Shown: positions 13,676 through 26,504 of the stretch, piece after piece | Layout: each line of letters starts with the position of its first letter | How positions within the stretch are numbered: the stretch's first letter is position 1 | Source: Narcine bancroftii | Taxonomy: Eukaryota | NCBI RefSeq assembly: GCF_036971445.1 | Contig: NC_091472.1 | Location: 74,028,001 to 74,092,000 of the forward strand | DNA: 64,000 nucleotides | Direction: 5' to 3' | The notes under the pieces: generated by a model | Seen by the model: the letters and a program-made list of their open reading frames with translations, nothing else | The model's database searches: none | What the model was told of the DNA's origin: nothing | Translations under genes and position numbers: made by a program

Positions 13676-13846
13676 GTTTCATGCCAGGTGTCCAGAGAAA
13701 TGCTCAATATGGATCTCAGCAAACTGGACCTCCTATGTCTCCACATCCATCACCTGTTGGACAGATGCACACTGGAATGGGGCCTTATCAGCAAACCAAT
13801 TCCAGCAGCTCTTATGGTCCCCAAAGTGGCCAGTTTGGGCCACAAG
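13676..13846 (+). CDS. ARID1B: ARID1B internal exon B (171 nt, phase 1-1)
   Basis: Polypyrimidine tract + tgtag acceptor and AAG|gtaag donor. (G)[56 protein letters not shown](G) matches ARID1B [35 protein letters not shown]. In frame with exons A and C. Confidence 0.94.
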
Positions 13847-14607
13847 GTAAGAAAATAAAAACTTAAGTTAGTTCAGTCGAAACTATTTTAAAATGCCCAG
13901 TTATAAAGGGATGCCAAAAGAACATTTTTACAGTCAATTAATAAACATTGAGATTTTATTTGATATTGTTTGTCTCAGCAAGAGATTTGAGATTCATGTG
14001 CTTTATTTTTATATTGATGATCATGTGTCTGTAATTTGCAGAAAGGACACAAGTATGACCTGCTTTGCATATTATCAGCTTGGTTCCATAATTTCTGAAT
14101 ATTTTCAGTGACAGATGCTGCTCTTTTGTAACCAGTTTAAAGAAAATCTCCTTATTGAATGCAGATTGAATTATTGCTCAAAAGCTATTTCCTTGACCAC
14201 TGTACAGCTTTTATGCATGTGTTAAAACAATTTGTTTCTAGTTTTCAGTGATTTAAAATGAATAAAATAATATTTGGTTCAACAATTGGAAACCTGGTAT
14301 CCAAGTGTTGACATCTTTCATTAATATAATTTAATCCTCAGTAAACATGTATGTGGATAAACCACACTGGAATTTCTCTCTCATTTTCATTGAGGTCATG
14401 AAATTTATATTAAAACACAATATATGTGAAGGATAATATAACAGAACAGCATTTCTAGCTCTGCCCTCTTTCTGTGTTAACTTAGCTGTGGCGGACATAC
14501 TGTATCCTTTGCAGTAAAATTGCAGTAACAGATCAATAGGAAAGGAACAGAGAAGCTGGGCTAACATTTTTCGAGCATTTTCGAGCAGTAAGCTTGAACT
14601 TCTCGAT

Positions 14608-14982
14608 CAGTGGCTCTCAACCTTTTTCTTTCCACTCACATTCCACCTTAAGTAATCCCTATGCCATCAGTGCTCTGTGATAAGTCAGGGATTGCTTAAG
14701 GTGATATGTGAGTAGGAAGGGAAGGTTGAGAATTTCTGCTCTAGACCCAATTGTTACTGAAATATTTTGCTTGAGAAAAATTGTCATTGGCCCATTTCCT
14801 TTGGAGCTATGAAACCGTGCACATAACGAGTCAATTAGTACAATCAAAACAGTGGTTTTCAAACTTTTTCTTTCCACCCCATTCACCACCTTAGGCAATT
14901 CCTCACTAATCACAGAGCACCTGTGGCATTGAGAAGACTTAAAGTGGTATATAAGTGGAAAGAAACAGATTGAGAACCATTG
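14608..14982. mobile_element. hAT (Charlie-like) MITE, copy 1
   Basis: TIR cagtggctctcaa / ttgagaaccattg; degenerate 8-bp TSD ttctcgat / ttctatat; homologous to 37489-37810 in the opposite orientation. Confidence 0.85.
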
Positions 14983-16571
14983 TTCTATATCAAATGTAAA
15001 GATGTATTAGGCAATTGCTGTTTTATTTATTGGGAACAGTACATTGTTTTGCTTTGGAAGATATAATGAGAAAAGATGTTGGTAAAAGAGTCAATAGTAA
15101 CTTTGAACCTATGGACACTTCTCCATTTTTTCCTTTTAGAACCAATGATTTATTTTTTTAAATCTTGTATTAACGGAATTGTAATTTTTAATAATTTTTC
15201 ACTTTGTTCTGAACAATAGTGCTGCCGCTGAAAAACAACACATTTGTGACGCATGTTCATAACAATAAACCTGGTTCTGATCATGGGGAAAAAAATACAA
15301 GGCAATCAAACTAATTCTAACCAGTTCTTGGATAGATATTTCAAAGATATGGCTCAGGTACATTGGGCCAAAATGGCTAACAGTACGATGTTTCAATGAA
15401 AAGTAGGTCCATATTATGCCACAACGGAAAACCAGTCAAAGCTGACCTGCAGCTTTGCAAAAACTAACAATTGCAGCCATGTTGAACATTGTCCTTTAAT
15501 GTATTAGTGAACTGAAACAGTATAGTACCTCCTAGACTTCACATAATTAAATTACAACAGATATTGTTGAAAATGTATTTATTGCTGAAAAATAATGGGT
15601 GCATATTAAATTAGAAGATATTTGTATATGCTTGTCACATTGACATGGACATTATACTTCCTTATCATTATCCCTCCTGCTTGCAAAGCTAATTGATATT
15701 GACATCCTCCTCCTCTTGATAGCTTCCTGCTTTTCCCTTCAGTTTGTGCTGGTAATTTTCTGGGGATATATTTCTACTATACATTGTGAGTAGGAACCCT
15801 GGACCTGACAACAATTCCAGACCAGTGAATTCTGGAGAGTTTAACTCCTCAAGATGGCTGTATCATTATGAGGTACAAGTGAAGAGGGGTAGAACTATGC
15901 AAAGTCAATATAAAGAGTTACCATAGAGAGGGCAAGAGAAACATTTTTAATAAATAAGTGTGAGAAACATTGGATAGTCAGTGATGGTTTCAACACAATT
16001 CTTTTTCAGAAAATTAGATAGCCTTTTAGAGCAGAATGGAGCTTCCATTTAATGTCAACTCTGTCTTTGATTGCTTTTGATTGAAAATAAAACTTTCAAA
16101 GGTCCTTTTAATGTGTGCAGGCCATATGTTTTTGCTCAGTAAATCAAGGTAGGCTAATGCACGGTTTAGAACACCAGAGGGGCATAGTTCTTTCAAAAAT
16201 TTTATTTTCCTTCAAGAGAATCAAAGTTTTATTGGCAAGGTCTGTAATTCCTCAGGTGGCACTGTTGGCTTGTCATAATAAACAAGGTAAAACAAGGTTT
16301 GCATCTGAACTGGAGGAGGACTAATATCCTTGCAGGAAAGTTTGCTAATGCTGATCTGTGAGTGTTTAAACTAGATTTGCAGGGGGATGGGAACCAGAGT
16401 CCCAGAGCTGATAGTGGAGGAGGAAAAGATGAAGTTAAGACTGCACATAAAGGCAGAAATCAAAGGATTGTGAGTGATGGAAATAATGTTCTCAGGTGCA
16501 TCTATTTCAATGCAAGGAGTATTGTAGGAAAGGCAGGTGAACTTAGAGAATGGATTAGCACATAGAACTAT

Positions 16572-17917
16572 AGCTTCTTTCACACTTTCAAGAGATCCCA
16601 GGAATTAACCACCAATTGGCCTTTAAAGTGCCAAAAATGAAAACAAAATCAGCTCAACGCCAGCTTCAGATTATGTCATCTCATGTCGGGGCTTGATGAC
16701 CTCGACCCTTAGTACAATCTTGGGCACCTGCAGATGCCAGCTTTGCAATTAGGCAAGTCTGAAATGGATAATTGCGTTGTGGAATTGAAATGATCCAAGT
16801 TTTTGTGTAAGTGCAGGAACAGGAAGGAAGAAAAGATTAAAATGAAGGTATAAACTTTGCCATGGGAAGGTCGCAGCGGGGAGAGAAAGGGGAAATAAAT
16901 AGCAATAGCGAACAACTTTTAAACAGCGTGAGAAAGTTGGTAGCGATATAGCGCACAATTTATAAAGATGGTGGGGGGGGGGAAGGCAATGGTGGACCTT
17001 ACTTCCCAGAATGCCATGCGTCAGAGAAATCCCTCCATGAACACTCCGTTGCTGCAGCCAGTAATACAGCCCTTTCTCTGCCACATGGCATTCTGGGAGG
17101 GCAGGTCTGCCATCGCTTTTTTCCCCCCACAGTATTTATAAATTATACGTGATAGTGCTACCAAATTTCCCACGCTGTTTAAATTGTGCGCCAGAGCACT
17201 ATAAACTTTCCCACTGATAGTACAGAATACTATCACCAATGTATATATTTGTATATATTTACATATAGTAGTAGTGATTGGCTGAGAGCTGTAGCCACGC
17301 CTACTGGCAGGTCATAAAGGGCTGCTCCTAACCAGACCCAGGTCAGTCTGGACTGGTCGATCTTGATGTAATAGCTCCAGTCTTTTGCTAATAAAAGCCT
17401 TGGTTTGAGTCAACAAGTCTTTGAGTCATTCAATGCGCTACACCCACGCTAGATAAATTTTGTGCTATAGCGGTACAAACTTTCCCACACTATATAAATT
17501 GAGCACTACCAATTTTCCTACCCTGTTTGAGAATTGTCCACTATTGCTATTTATTGCTAGCACTTTCCCACGGTCCCTTATAAAGTTTATATAGGTCGGC
17601 ACAAAAACAACGGGCTGGAGGGTTCAAACTGTGCTGGACATAAAACTTAACTATGTTATAATTAGGCATGATTAATTTTGTTCAAATATAAGATCATAAT
17701 ACATTGATCAGGATTTAGGGCAAGACCACCATAACTCGATGTGTCGTGATGTCACCAGTAGAAGGTAGAAGAGTCCTAACCCCAGGGATGCCTCCTTGCA
17801 AGTGTGAAAGCATTCACTGTCCCAGTTAGGAATGGTCAAGTTTGAAAAGCCAAACTCCCATTCCTATCCCGAGACATTGAACAGCCAATTTTAGTGGAAT
17901 GAAAGTATCAAAGGGCT
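16572..17917. mobile_element. Composite DNA-transposon insertion (Harbinger-like termini) containing a foldback-like element and a solo LTR
   Basis: Interrupts CR1 between 'aactat' and 'gacattgtgg'; ends agcttctttcacactt ... aagtatcaaagggct form an imperfect TIR; internal inverted/tandem arrays at ~16850-17590. Confidence 0.5.
17240..17442 (+). mobile_element. Small solo LTR (~203 bp, Gypsy-like)
   Basis: TGTA...TACA termini, gattggc (reverse CCAAT box), cataaa TATA-like, AATAAA; 4-bp flanks ccaa / ccca. Confidence 0.7.
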
Positions 17918-20900
17918 TTAGACATTGTGGCTATTGGTAAAACTTGGTTGAATGAGGGGCAGGACTGGCAACTCAATGTTCTAGGTTCAGGAACAATAGA
18001 ATGGGAGGGATGAAAGGGGATGGTGTTGCATTGCTCATCAGGGAAAATATCACAGCTGTGCTCAGACAGGACACTCTAGAAAATGGCTCTTTCACTAAGG
18101 CTATGTGGGTGGAGATGAGAAATGGGAAAGGTATGATCACATTAATGGGGTTGCATTACAGACTACCCCATAGTCAGAATTAGAGAAGTAAATCTGCAGG
18201 GAGATAGCAGACAGCTTCAGGAAACACAAAGTTGTGAAAGTGATTTAATTTTCCTCATATTGGCTAGGACTCCCAAGCTGGAAAAGGGCTGAATGGCTTA
18301 ATTTGTCAAATTTGTTTCAGGGAAGTTTCCTAAATCAATATATTCATGTACCAACTAGAGAGAGTTCAATATTGGATCTCCAATTAGGAGACAAGACTGG
18401 TGACAGAAGTATGTGGTGGGGAACATTTTGGGTCCAGTGATCATAATGTCATTAATGTCAAGATAATTATAGATAAGGATAAGTCTGATCCTTGGGTTGA
18501 GATTCTAAATTGGAGAAAGGCCAATTTTGAGGAAATGAGAAAGGATCGAGAAAGCATGGATTTGGGCTCAGTTGCTTTCTGGTGTGGATGTGTTCGGTAA
18601 GTGGAAAGCCTTCAAAGGTGAAATTTTGAGAGTATAGAGTTTATATGTTCCTGTCAGGATTAAAGGCAAAGTTAACTATCATAAGTAAGCTTGGTTTACG
18701 AGGAATTTTGGGGATCTGGTTAAGAAGAAGAGAGGGGTATAACAGATATAGGGAACAAGGAGTAAATTAGGTACTTGCAATGTATAAAATGCAAGAAAAA
18801 CTTGAGAGAGATATGAAGTAAAATTTTGCAGGTATATAAGAGCAAAAGGATAGTAAGGGATAAATTTGGTCCTCTTGAAGATCGGAGTGGTTGGCTATGT
18901 ATGGATCCAGAAGAGATCTGAAATTCTTTTTATGCTTCGGAATTTACTCAGCAAACTGACAAGAGTCCAGAGAAGTGAGGGCAAGCAAGCAGTGAAGTCA
19001 TAGAACCTATGCAGATTAAAGTGGACAAAGTGCTTGCTGTCTTAAAGTGAATAAAGGCAAATAGAGCCTGACAAGTTATTCCCTCGGAAATTAAGGGAAG
19101 CTAGTTCATAAATTACAGGGGCCCTGGCAGATATATTTAAAATGTCCTTACCATGGATTAGGTACCAGAGAATTGGAGGGTAGCTCATATTGTTCCGTTG
19201 TTTAAAATTGTCTCCAAAATAACCCAGGAGACTGACATCAGTAGCAGGTAAGTTATTGGAAGATGTTCTGAGAGATCAGATATATCGGTATTTGGACAGC
19301 AAATTAAGGATAAGTCAGCATGGTTTTGTGCTTGGTAGATCATGTTTAACCAAGCATATAGAGATTTTCAAGGAGGTTACCAGGAAAGACTGTAAGTATT
19401 GTCTACACTTTTGCAGAGTCCCATAGAGGTAACTAGTCAAGAAGGTTCAGTTGCTCGGTATTCATGGTGAGATAGTAAACTCGATTCAACGTTAGTTTCT
19501 TGGGAGAAGCCAGAGCGTGTTAGTGGATGATTGCCTCTCTAACTGGGATGCCTGTGATTAGAGGTGTGCCTCAGGGATTGTCATCCGTATCAATGATCTA
19601 GCCTTCAAAACATATGGGGGTTGTTGGTCAGTTTTGTGTAATTGGCCAGCAGGGTCTCTTAGGGTCTGTTACTGTGCAGTATGCCTAAATTCTTTTTAAA
19701 TTTTTGAAAAAAAATGATAATGTGGTCAATTGGATCAGCAAGTTTGCAGGTGAATCAAAGATTGGAAGTGTGATGGACAGTGAGGAAGGCTTTCAAAGGT
19801 TGCAGAGGGATCTGTACCAGCTGGAAAATTGGCTGCAAAATGGCAGATGGGAGTTAATGCAGGTTAGTGTGAGGACAAACCAAGGTAGAAGACACAGGGT
19901 AGATGGTAGGGTACTGAGGAGTGTGGTAGAATACAGGGATTTGGGAATACAGATATGAAAGTAGTGTCATATGTAGGTAATATTGTAAAGAAATCTTTTG
20001 GCATGTTGGCCTTCATAAATCTAAGTGTTGAGCATAGGAGTTGGATGTTATGGTAAAGTTGTATAAGACATTGGTGAGGCCAAATTTGGACTACTGGGTG
20101 CAGTTTTGGTCACCTAACTACAGAAAAGATGTCAATAAAACTGAAAGAGTGCAGAAAAGAATTATTAGAACATTGTCAGGATTTGAGGAACTGTGTTACA
20201 AGGAAAAGTTAAACAGGTTAGGACTTTATTCCTGGGAGTGTAGAAGAATTAAGGGAGATTTGATTAAAAAAAAATTATAAGTATAGATAGAGTAAATGCA
20301 AGTTGGCTTTTTCCACTGAGATTAGGTGAGATACAAACCAGAGGACCTGGGTTCAGGGTGAAAGGAGACATTTATGGGGAACATTAGGGGGCATTCCTTA
20401 ACACAGAGAATGATGAGAGTATGGAAAAGCTGCTTGCTAATGTGACCTCAATTTTAACATTTTAGAAAAATTTGGAGAGGTATGTGAAATGGGTGCAGGT
20501 CAGTGGGACAGACAGAATAATAGTTTGGCACAGACTAGAAAGGGCTGTTTTCTGTGCTGTAATGATTCAAATGTATAGCCTTTGAGGAACTTTTAGATCC
20601 AGTGGTGTGCTTATTACTCCACAGGGGGCAGGTCTGCGCACTGGGCCACATCCCATTTGCAGCAGAGCGATCTCATCAGTTCGGTTTCAGCACTTGTTTC
20701 CCTCTATCCCTGCAACCTGCTTTCTCTCAAAACCTGTCCACTCTGCTGGCTTGGTTTTCACCCTTTAAAAGGTGTACAGAAGATATACAGCAGCCAATTA
20801 ACTTAACCATTCTATCCCTTACTATCTTGTGAATCCTTTGTGTAAAAAAAAATTCCCACATAAAAACAAGTTTGTTCAACCAAATAAAACTGGTGTTTTG

Positions 20901-21489
20901 CCTCATTTGTATTTGCTAAGTGGCAAAATCATTCAGACGTAAGAACATGCTTCATTATTTTGAGGGTTTTGGGTGTAAATGTGCTTTTTTTAAAAAAATT
21001 TCTTAACCAGTGTTTAGAATGGTGAAAAGGTTTTCATTCTGACTTGTTACCAGAAAGTTAAGTTATTGGTTTTGTTTTCACACCATCAGCAAGATACTTT
21101 TTTTATAGCCTTGTTTTCAGAATTTAACTGTTATTACTAAAATCGCTTCATTTAAATGGCTGTTCTTTCACTGATTGGAGTCCTTAATTGTGTGATTTCA
21201 CATTGATCATTTGGGTATTCTAGTGTATGCTGTGGATGCTTCCCCCCCCCCCCAAATAATGTTATCAATTCCATGTTGCATTCAACATTATTGCCCTTTG
21301 ACAACAGAGACTTATCATTTATTGCTTCCCTGCTTGATGTCCATTTTGGGTTTGGAGTTTATCAACAACATTTGTTCTTTTCTGCCTGGACCCAACATTT
21401 GCAAGATTAACACTCAATGTGTTATAAATTAATTATTTCTCAAATATATTCAAATAAATAGCATCTGTGTTGGGTTAAGGGATCAATCA

Positions 21490-22935
21490 ATCAAAATGTA
21501 GAAATTAAAGAGGCTCTTTCAGAATGCATGTGATTAGATATATTCCAATGAGAAAAACCAACTCTGTGGCAATGAGTGGGGAGAGACTTACCAGCCACAG
21601 TTAATTAAAACTGTACAGAGTATAAAATTTAAAGGAAAATAAACATAATCATACAAAGATAATGATAATGTGGCTGGTCAGAAAGCTGGGCCAAATATTT
21701 TAAAAATGCCAGAAAGAATAAGGGTAAAAAACAAAGTGCTAGCAACATATATAAAAAGATAGTATTTGTATAGATAATTTTTTTTATAGTTAACAAAGTA
21801 AGCATTGGTATGAAAGAAAGTGAACCTGGGAAATAAACAATGGAAAGCCTGGAGATTATAGGTGAATTAAACTGTTATTCTGTATCAGTCTTCTCTACAG
21901 AGGATTTGATAACATCTCAGAAATATCTGTAAATCAGGAACTGGAAGGAAATCAGGAAACTTTCAATAATCAAGGGGGTGCTAATTCGCAACTTGTTGGA
22001 GACTAGTCTTTAGGTTCATTCTTGGATTAGTGATGTAGTTAATAATTTTTCTTCATTGTCTTGATTCAAGGAAAGTTGCTTTGTATTGGAAAATATACTC
22101 ATTAAAATAAAAAAGTAGGGAGACAAAAAAGGAAACTATAGGCCAATTATTAGAAGAGTGGTTTGAAAAATTCAAGATAATTGGACAAAATCAACCCTGT
22201 TTTATGAAAGAAAAGTATATGTTTGGTCAAGTTAATGGAGTTTGTTAAAGTGGTAATGTGCTATGTATAAAGGGGAACCAGAGCATGTCATTGGATTTCC
22301 AGGTGCCATGAAAGGTCATTGTATAAATTGAAATTCATGACATAGGAGGCATGGATAAAAGATTGGATGGCATAGAGTAAGTGATAAAGATTTGATTTCA
22401 GGTTGGAAAGGTGGAATTTGTGTGGTATGAAAATTGGATCTGGGTCCACAATTTATATAAATGACTTGGATGTAGACACCGAAGATGTAGTTTTGCGAAT
22501 GTGCTGATGAGACAGAGATGTTGGAAAATACATTGTGTAAAGAAACATAAATAAGATTACAAAAGGATATTGAATGAACAAACATGGGAAATTATGTGGG
22601 AAACTGACATTGACAGGAATAATAAAAATCCTATTATCCTAATGGTGAGAGATTGCAGAGGTTTGAGAAGCAGAAGATCCTGGTATATAGTTCATGAAAG
22701 GGTAGTTATTATTATAAACATCGCAAGTAAGTGGGAGAGTTAACCAAATGTCATTCATTACTTGGTAATTGAATGCAGAAGTAAGACCATATCCTTCATT
22801 GATATCAAGCATCAGTGATACCTTCAGGAGCACTATTTAACATTGGTCAATTATTTCAGGAAGGAATTTAAAGCATTGCAAATTGTTCAGAGAACGTTTA
22901 CAAGCCTAATGCGCTGCTGTATAATGAGAAAAGAT
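21490..22935 (+). mobile_element. Highly degenerate CR1-type LINE
   Basis: Remnant motifs ggaaactataggcca, ttggatttcc, atataaatgacttggat, tgctgatgagacagagat. Confidence 0.6.
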
Positions 22936-22944
22936 GGACAAACT

Positions 22945-23590
22945 AATTCAAGTTTATTATCTGACTGTACGTATGCAACCAGACAAAATGTTTCCCTGAA
23001 CTGTGGTGCGTACACAAACACAAATAATACACCTCGTAGCAAATAATAATCATATACATTAAAATACACAGTAAAACCCCTGTTATCCAGAATTTAAGCA
23101 ACCAGCAGCCTCAAACAACTGGCAAAAAAATTGCAGAAAATAAATAAGTAAAAAATAATTAAGTTTAAAATGGGTGTGCCTCTTTTAGTCAATCTTGCAA
23201 TACGCAGTCTCAAGAAACCGAGAAATTCATTTATCCAGCATCTACCAATCCCAACTGGTGCTGGATATCAGGGGTTTTACTGAAATATAAATATTCCAGA
23301 ATAATTTACTCAATTTCATTAACAAGTGATCCAAGGTTACAGGATATCATTCATCAATCTCATAGCCTGCAGGAAGAAGCTATTTCCCAGCTTGGCCGTC
23401 GTAGTTTTGATGCTCCTGCACCTCTTATCTGAGTGAAAGATACTGTATGATGGATGGAAGAAACCCTCCGTAATTCTTTGAGCTCTATTTAAGCAATGCT
23501 CCTGGTGAATGTTATAATCGGGAAAGGAAGATCTTTTTGGCTGTTTCAATGTTCGTCTTTATTGACTCCCAGTTCAGTGCTTTGCAGCTT
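22945..23590 (-). mobile_element. Rex1/Babar 3' fragment
   Basis: Minus-strand peptide CLNRAQRI...HPSYSIF...RCRSIKTTTAKLGNSFFLQAMRLMN; tail ttcaagtttatt. Confidence 0.75.
23069..23282. mobile_element. pogo/Tigger-like MITE inside Rex1
   Basis: TIR cagtaaaacccctgttatccag / ctggatatcaggggttttactg (21 of 22 match). Confidence 0.85.
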
Positions 23591-24376
23591 CTGTCTAGGC
23601 TTCTTTTCACTGTTCAGAAGAGTGAGAGGGAAGATTGAAATACACAAGGTTACCAGCATGCATGCAGAGAAGATCTTTTCCCCTTTGGGAGAAACTTAAA
23701 GAAGTGATCACTGTTCAAAAGTGTGACATTGTATGATCAAGACTGAAATTAAGTGTTTTCTTTCTATGAAGGTTGCAAACCTTTGGACATGCATCCCCTA
23801 TTCTTTGAGAAAGAAAACTTCTTGGAACAGATAGACTCTTGACAAGGAAGAGGATGATAAAAATTGTTGTTATCATCATATCTGCCACCATCTTAAAGAG
23901 AGCAGTTAGCAGGGAATGAATGGCTTCCAATCCATATGTTCAAATGTAGATATTTGATGTGAATGTAATGAAGGAATACTGGTTTCAAGAAGCATTTTAA
24001 CTTTAATATGGGTAAACAATTAGCTTCAAACTAACAATGAAGCAGGCCATATTCAATTAAGTCTCAAGTCTGAGCCATCTTATGTTATCAGCCTAAAATT
24101 GTATGGACCTGTTTCTCAGGCTGATGGTAATGGCCTGAATTTTGCTTAGGGACAGTCAGTTTCAAACTTCATGCACAATGACAAATCGCGAACTTGCTGG
24201 CCAAACACCACTGGCAATTTTCCACTGTGATCTAAACCTGGATTCCCCATATTGTTTGAGCAGCTGAAAGTGAGTTAGCAAAAGTTCACTTGCCTTTACC
24301 ATGAGGGCTTATATTCTTGCATCTTGTTCTAAGTTGGTGCATTTTATGTGAGCCCATATATATTAATGAGGGTTAT

Positions 24377-25354
24377 CTTCTTTGGCTTGGCTTCGCGGAC
24401 GAAGATTTATGGAGGGGGTAAATGTCCACGTCAGCTGCAGGCTCGTTTGTGGCTGACAAGTCCGATGCGGGACAGGCAGACACGGTTGCAGCGGCTGCAG
24501 GGGAAAATTGGTTGGTTGGGGTTGGGTGTTGGGTTTTTCCTCCTTTGCCTTTTGTCAGTGAGGTGGGCTCTGCGGTCTTCTTCAAAGGAGGTTGCTGCCC
24601 GCCAAACTGTGAGGCGCCAAGATGCACGGTTTGAGGCAATATCAGCCCACTGGCGGTGGTCAATGTGGCAGGCACCAAGAGATTTCTTTAGGCAGTCCTT
24701 GTACCTTTTCTTTGGTGCACCTCTGTCACGGTGGCCAGTGGAGAGCTCGCCATATAACACGATCTTGGGAAGGCGATGGTCCTCCATTCTGGAGACGTGA
24801 CCCACCCAGCGCAGCTGGATCTTCAGCAGCGTGGACTCGATGCTGTCGACCTCTGCCATCTCGAGTACTTCGACGTTAGGGATGAAAGCGCTCCAATGAA
24901 TGTTGAGGATGGAGCGGAGACAACGCTGGTGGAAGCGTTCTAGGAGCCGTAGGTGATGCCGGTAGAGGACCCATGATTCGGAGCCGAACAGGAGTGTGGG
25001 TATGACAACGGCTCTGTATACGCTTATCTTTGTGAGGTTTTTCAGTTGGTTGTTTTTCCAGACTCTTTTGTGTAGTCTTCCAAAGGCGCTATTTGCCTTG
25101 GCGAGTCTGTTGTCTATCTCATTGTCGATCCTTGCATCTGATGAAATGGTGCAGCCGAGATAGGTAAACTGGTTGACCGTTTTGAGTTTTGTGTGCCCGA
25201 TGGAAATGTGGGGGGGCTGGTAGTCATGGTGGGGAGCTGGCTGATGGAGGACCTCAGTTTTCTTCAGGCTGACTTCCAGGCCAAACATTTTGGCAGTTTC
25301 CGCAAAGCAGGACGTCAAGCGCTGAAGAGCTGGCTCTGAATGGGCAACTAAAGC
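24377..25354 (-). mobile_element. RTE-clade LINE, 5'-truncated (copy 2), 3' half of a chimeric insertion
   Basis: Open frame from ALVAHSEPALQR to SHKRACS; near-identical to copies 1 and 3. Confidence 0.92.
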
Positions 25355-26189
25355 ACAACAGGTCACAAGTCCCAACAGAAAAGAGGAAACACCAATACCT
25401 TCAGTCGCGGAGTGGGTTCTGCTAAAGGTCATCAAAAGAAAGTGGTCGGAGCCCAGGTGGACAGGACCCTACAGAGTGGTGGAGAGGACGTCCCACGCGG
25501 TTCGACTACTGGGAAAAGGAGACGTGGTATCATTGGAGTCAGTGAACAGCAACGGACCCACCGACACGGACACTGGAACAGATTCGAACGGAGGTGACTG
25601 GGACCCTGTGAAGCAACTATGGACTAAGAACTTTTTGAACGGGTCCCTTTAAAGAGACTATTGGATTACAGTGACTGTATTTCAGTATTTGAAGTGATAT
25701 TTCTATATTGAAGTCAACAGAATTTAGGGGGCTGTGATGGACACTATGTGGGGACTATGAGTGATGTTGTTCCTAGCCCTTGAAACATCTGGAGAAGGAA
25801 ACAACTGTACAAAGTGTTTGTGGTCAGCCTGGGAGGCCCATAACGAACCGAAACAGTACTTTGCGGATTGGACTGACGTTCCTGAACACAGTGTTGGGGC
25901 CCCCACTGGACTGAAGTGTGTTCATAATGGCCAAGTTCGTGAGGTTAAGTTTAACAAGGGGTCGGAGATGCCGGTCCTTGCAAAAACTCCTGAGGTCTTG
26001 GTCCCATAAGTTAACTGGTGGTTGGTCTCATTTTCATGAGACCAAAAGGGGGACTGTTGGAATCTAGGGGTTAAAACCTTATGAAAGAAATGATTAATTA
26101 ATAAGTTTATATTTACTGCATGGTTCAGGGAAAAAGAGGAATGTGATTAAGTGGCAATCACAGCATGGAGCAAAGTTGGCTGAGCAAAA
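25355..26189 (+). mobile_element. Endogenous retrovirus fragment: integrase C-terminus, env-like remnant, PPT, start of 3' LTR
   Basis: Hand translation EWVLLKVIKRKWSEPRWTGPYRVVERTSHAVRLLGKGD/WYHWSQ* (GPY/F module). Signal-peptide-like ORF from 25737 (MDTMWGL*VMLFLAL..NNCTKC). PPT aaaaggggga 26044-26053, then TG at 26055. Confidence 0.8.
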
Positions 26190-26475
26190 TATATATATTG
26201 ACCTCCTTCCCTTCTGCCCATTCTAACGCTGCTATCATTCCCTATAGTTCTGCGAGTTGTGCTGACTCCTTTCCTCTCACTGTCCCTGTAATGATTTCTT
26301 CAAATCCTCCTGTAGTTTCTCGTACCACCGCATAGGCAGCTTTCAATCCATCTGTGGGGTGTCTGTAACAACACCCATCTGTAAACAAGGTTTCATCTGG
26401 TTCTCTTAAGGGTGTAGCCTGTAAGTCAGGTCTTATTTTAATATCCTTTACTACCCTCTTCTCACAACAGTGTGG
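26190..26475 (-). mobile_element. Endogenous retrovirus pol fragment (RNase H), inverted relative to the integrase piece
   Basis: Hand translation PHCCEKRVVKDIKIRPDLQATPLREPDETLFTDGCCYR...AAYAVV...GKESAQLAEL*GMIAALEWAEGKEVNIY; retroviral RNase H motifs FTDG, SAQxAEL, VNIY. Confidence 0.88.
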
Positions 26476-26504
26476 TATTAATGAGGGTTATAAGGGTGTG
26501 ACAA

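Larger units (their letters stand above)
16300..20570 (+). mobile_element. CR1 LINE, long decayed copy with nested insertions
   Basis: APE start LRCIYFNARSIVGKAGEL, GDGVALLIRENIT, HFGSSDHN; RT ISKFAGESKIG; C-terminus LYKTLVRPNLDYWVQFWSP. Confidence 0.9.

Noticed and set aside
24431-25435. 334-aa ORF with a novel N-terminus (MMTFSRTHSATEG...) as a new fusion gene
   Set aside because: The first ~27 codons are antisense ERV integrase sequence that happens to read into the RTE frame. There is no promoter evidence and the RT core is missing.
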